This document shows positions 61,183 through 64,000 of a stretch of 64,000 nucleotides of DNA, piece by piece; positions within the stretch are counted from its first letter, which is position 1, and each line of letters starts with the position of its first letter. The stretch covers positions 30,772-94,771 of IMG/VR virus record IMGVR_UViG_3300043425_001673; one strand, 5' to 3'. Under the pieces are notes generated by a model. It worked only from the letters and a program-made list of their open reading frames with translations. It had not been told where the DNA came from and searched no databases. Source of the stretch: a virus. Position numbers and translations under genes: made by a program.

Positions 61183-62868
61183 ATGGGTTCCATAGTCGGA
61201 AATTCACTTGATCTAATTCGCACGGTTTTCAATCGAAACAATGTGCTCCCTTTGCCTTCCACCTATTGGGATGCAGCCGCTCGTGGCAGCTTTTTTATGC
61301 AGGGTTATGGACTCGGACCTGTGACCGGGGGAAACAGTCAGCTTGCGGATAGCGTGCGCCTTGAAGAAGACCTGATGACACGCTATGCGGACTACGATGA
61401 AATGGACCAGTTTCCTGAGTTGGGAGCCGCCATTGATCTTTTCGCTGATGATGCCACGGTCCAGGATGTCCTGACTGGAAAGTCGATGTGGTTTGAATCG
61501 GATGATGAAACGGTTGGTCACATCCTGAATGATATGCTCGATGTCAATCTCAAGGTTGAAAATGAACTTTGGGAAATCGCGCGTTCACTCTGCAAGTATG
61601 GCAATGAGTTCATCGAACCAATCGTTCTGGATCAGGTCGGAGTCGTGAAGCTGAATCACGTTCCTCCCCCATGGATGCGCCGTATCGAGGATATCAACGG
61701 AATCCTTTATGGCTACATGCAAGATCCAGCCATGCAGTTTTCCATTGATACGCGCACCTTCCTTGAACGAGTCAAGAACAAGGGAGCGACCGTCATGGAA
61801 CTCCCGGTGAACATGGGACAGGGCTGGCTTCAGGTTTATGAGCCTTGGGAAATTGTTCACATGCGGCTGCGTTCAAGGGCACGCCGGGACCTTTATGGAT
61901 ATAGCGTTGTGGAAGCTGCACGCTATGCCTGGAAGCGTCTTTCGATGATGGAAGACGCGATGCTCATGTACAAGGTCACTCGCTCACCACAGCGATACGC
62001 CTTCTATGTTGATGTTGGTGATGTTCCTCCCAATCAGGCGCGTGGTTTACTCAATCGCATCAAAAACGATTTCAAAAAATCAAAGTTCATTGATCCGACA
62101 ACGGGCAAGCCTTCCTTCCGTTATTCACCGCTTTCAGCAGAGGATGATTTTTTCATCCCTGTTCGCAAGGAAAGGAAAGGCACTGAAATAGAAGTTCTTG
62201 CCGGTCCTGAAGGGCAATCGGTTGAGGATGTCGAATATTTCCTGAACAAGATCTTTGCTGCTCTCAAGATTCCAAAATCCTATCTCGGTGCTGATGAGAC
62301 GGTTGGTCGCGCCAACCTCAGTCAGCTTGATGTTCGCATGTGTCGCTCCGTTATGCGCATACAGCGTGAAATCAAAAACGGCTTCAGGCAGATAGGCCGT
62401 GTGGATCTTGCAGCGAAGAACATAGATCCAGACCGCACGTCATTTGAATGTCACATGGTTATTCCATCGGGTGTTTTTGAATTGGCTCAAATAGAAGTCG
62501 AGAAGGCCAAGCTGGATTTGGCGTCAGCCTATCGTGATGCCAGTTTCAGTCAATATTGGATTTATTCAAAAGTTTTGGGTTTATCCGATGAAGAAATATT
62601 ACAGATTCAAAAGCAACGGGCAAAGGAAGGTGAAGGTGACTTCACAGCCGAGGATGTTGGTCTTATCCACGATCGACTGCCCAGGATGGTCGAGCGTTTA
62701 TCGACTGATTACGATAAGCGGGCTGACAGACATCAGAAGAAAATATTGGATGAAATCGAGTCGGGTAATACCGCTCTTGGCCGACGACTCAGAGAACTCA
62801 AGCATCTCACTCAGGAAATTAAATCAGGCATTGCTAGACAGACAAGAGTCAATGGACGAAGAAAATGA
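61183..62868 (+). CDS. Portal protein (T4 gp20-like)
   Basis: MEDAMLMYKVTRSPQRYAFYVDVG, EDDFFIP, TEIEVLAG and DVEYF..KIFAALKIPKSYL. Confidence 0.93.
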   Translation: MGSIVGNSLDLIRTVFNRNNVLPLPSTYWDAAARGSFFMQGYGLGPVTGGNSQLADSVRLEEDLMTRYADYDEMDQFPELGAAIDLFADDATVQDVLTGKSMWFESDDETVGHILNDMLDVNLKVENELWEIARSLCKYGNEFIEPIVLDQVGVVKLNHVPPPWMRRIEDINGILYGYMQDPAMQFSIDTRTFLERVKNKGATVMELPVNMGQGWLQVYEPWEIVHMRLRSRARRDLYGYSVVEAARYAWKRLSMMEDAMLMYKVTRSPQRYAFYVDVGDVPPNQARGLLNRIKNDFKKSKFIDPTTGKPSFRYSPLSAEDDFFIPVRKERKGTEIEVLAGPEGQSVEDVEYFLNKIFAALKIPKSYLGADETVGRANLSQLDVRMCRSVMRIQREIKNGFRQIGRVDLAAKNIDPDRTSFECHMVIPSGVFELAQIEVEKAKLDLASAYRDASFSQYWIYSKVLGLSDEEILQIQKQRAKEGEGDFTAEDVGLIHDRLPRMVERLSTDYDKRADRHQKKILDEIESGNTALGRRLRELKHLTQEIKSGIARQTRVNGRRK

Positions 62869-63353
62869 TGAAAATATTTAGTTCGAGTGACATCATTCTT
62901 GATATTAGATTGATTGATTCTCTTATTGAATCAGATGATGATTCCTATCAAAAGCACAAAATCCTTGATGTCTGGCGTGCAATATCCATTGATAAGCCAG
63001 ATGTTGCTTTGAAACTAAAAGCACTCGGAACATTTTGGGCTGACGAAAAAGATAAGGCCACAGTTTATTGGGGACAGAAAAAACCTTATTATGCAGTCTT
63101 TCATGCCCAAGTTAATCAAGATCAGATTGACCATGAAAAAACGATGTATATGCGATCAAATCCAAGATTTGCCGGGGAAGATGAAATAAGGCTCAGGGAT
63201 TTTGAAAAAATATTTGTCAAGGAAGTTGAGATTTTTAAAATACTTTCCCGCTCAGAATACATGGATGCCATAAGCAACGGAACTGCTGGAAAACCAATAA
63301 AGGTTATCAAGATGAATGCATTCCGTTCATCAGGAAAGTCATTAAACGAATAG
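62865..63353 (+). CDS. Hypothetical protein, possible ADP-ribosyltransferase-like fold
   Basis: VWRAI...GTFWA...EDEIRL motif order. Confidence 0.35.
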   Translation: MMKIFSSSDIILDIRLIDSLIESDDDSYQKHKILDVWRAISIDKPDVALKLKALGTFWADEKDKATVYWGQKKPYYAVFHAQVNQDQIDHEKTMYMRSNPRFAGEDEIRLRDFEKIFVKEVEIFKILSRSEYMDAISNGTAGKPIKVIKMNAFRSSGKSLNE

Positions 63354-63370
63354 CAGTGTGGTAAAAACAA

Positions 63371-64000
63371 ATGAAGCTTGGTGGAAGCATCTTTACGCAT
63401 AATACCGACCGTTTTGATTACTGCTTTGAAGAGTCGATTGAATCTCTTTTGGCTCTCTGTGATGAGGTTGTTGTCCTGGACGCCGAGAGCACCGACAGCA
63501 CTGTTCCCAAACTAAGGGAGATGTGTGACAAAAATCCCAAGCTGAAACTTGTTGAAGGTGCTGCATGGAATGTCGGGACCAACTATGATCGGCTTGCCAT
63601 TCTTGCCAACTCAGCCAAAAACCATTTGACGACTCCCTGGCACTTCATGCTTCAGGCTGATGAAGTGCTTCATGAGCGCTGCATTCCGATTATCAGGGAT
63701 ATCGTCAACAATGATGGATACGGCTATGAGAGTTTCGCAGTTCGCCGTTGGAACTTCTTTGCAGACTTCAATCATTATGTCTCGCTTCACTCAAACAAAA
63801 AGCCCTGCAATGATGCACCGATCAGACTTGCAAGGACGCATCATCCAGCCATTGGTGATGCTGAAAGCATTCACGCTTTCAAATGCAATTACAGCTATGT
63901 TCCCCATATCGAGATTTTTCATTATGGCCTTGTGAGAAAATCGCAGGCTTTGATTGAAAAGAGCATCGACATGCAAAGCTGGTTTCATGGTCAAGGCAGT
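63371..64000 (+). CDS. GT2-family glycosyltransferase, 3' partial (absent from the ORF track)
   Basis: Reads MKLGGSIFTHN...ESIESLLALCDEVVVLDAESTDST...LQADE and is open to the window end. Confidence 0.85.
   Translation, partial: MKLGGSIFTHNTDRFDYCFEESIESLLALCDEVVVLDAESTDSTVPKLREMCDKNPKLKLVEGAAWNVGTNYDRLAILANSAKNHLTTPWHFMLQADEVLHERCIPIIRDIVNNDGYGYESFAVRRWNFFADFNHYVSLHSNKKPCNDAPIRLARTHHPAIGDAESIHAFKCNYSYVPHIEIFHYGLVRKSQALIEKSIDMQSWFHGQGS

Larger units (their letters stand above)
1..64000. mobile_element. Segment of a large tailed bacteriophage genome (T4-type portal, probably myovirus-like)
   Basis: Terminase large subunit, gp20-like portal, tail-fibre and tube-like genes, phage-type DnaB/DnaG/SSB/RecA/RuvC, and many short tightly packed hypothetical ORFs; no housekeeping operons. 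Confidence 0.95.

Noticed and set aside
1-64000. Alternative genetic code or stop-codon recoding
   Set aside because: Core genes are full length under the standard code and end in TAA, TAG and TGA.

Overview
The window is 64 kb of a large, densely coded tailed dsDNA bacteriophage (or phage-like element). It has a T4 gp20-type portal and probably a contractile tail. No integrase, rRNA, tRNA or CRISPR array was seen. Layout: distal tail/fibre genes (1-8.9 kb); accessory genes including a degenerate Fpg and c-type cytochrome lipoproteins (9-17 kb); a DnaC-DnaB-DnaG replication block; an SLT and glycosyltransferases (one with a LAGLIDADG intein); SSB, an IS200/IS605 TnpB, SF2 helicase, RecA and resolvases (27-33 kb); small accessory genes (CsrA-like, RmlC, DnaQ-like); a second, displaced tail-fibre pair (41.4-44.9 kb); a minus-strand block of small genes; more hypotheticals; then terminase large subunit and portal. 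The most striking observation is in the terminase. Its Walker A motif is split by a 381-aa intein with no recognisable in-frame endonuclease, while the opposite strand of the intein encodes a complete 277-aa HTH-HNH endonuclease with its own Shine-Dalgarno, and both strands stay open. Second, an 18-bp palindrome (ASTGAAYT-TG-ARTTCASW) recurs 7 times at gene junctions, and the phage carries an ORF resembling a LexA DNA-binding domain. All calls come from visual motif recognition; no searches were run.
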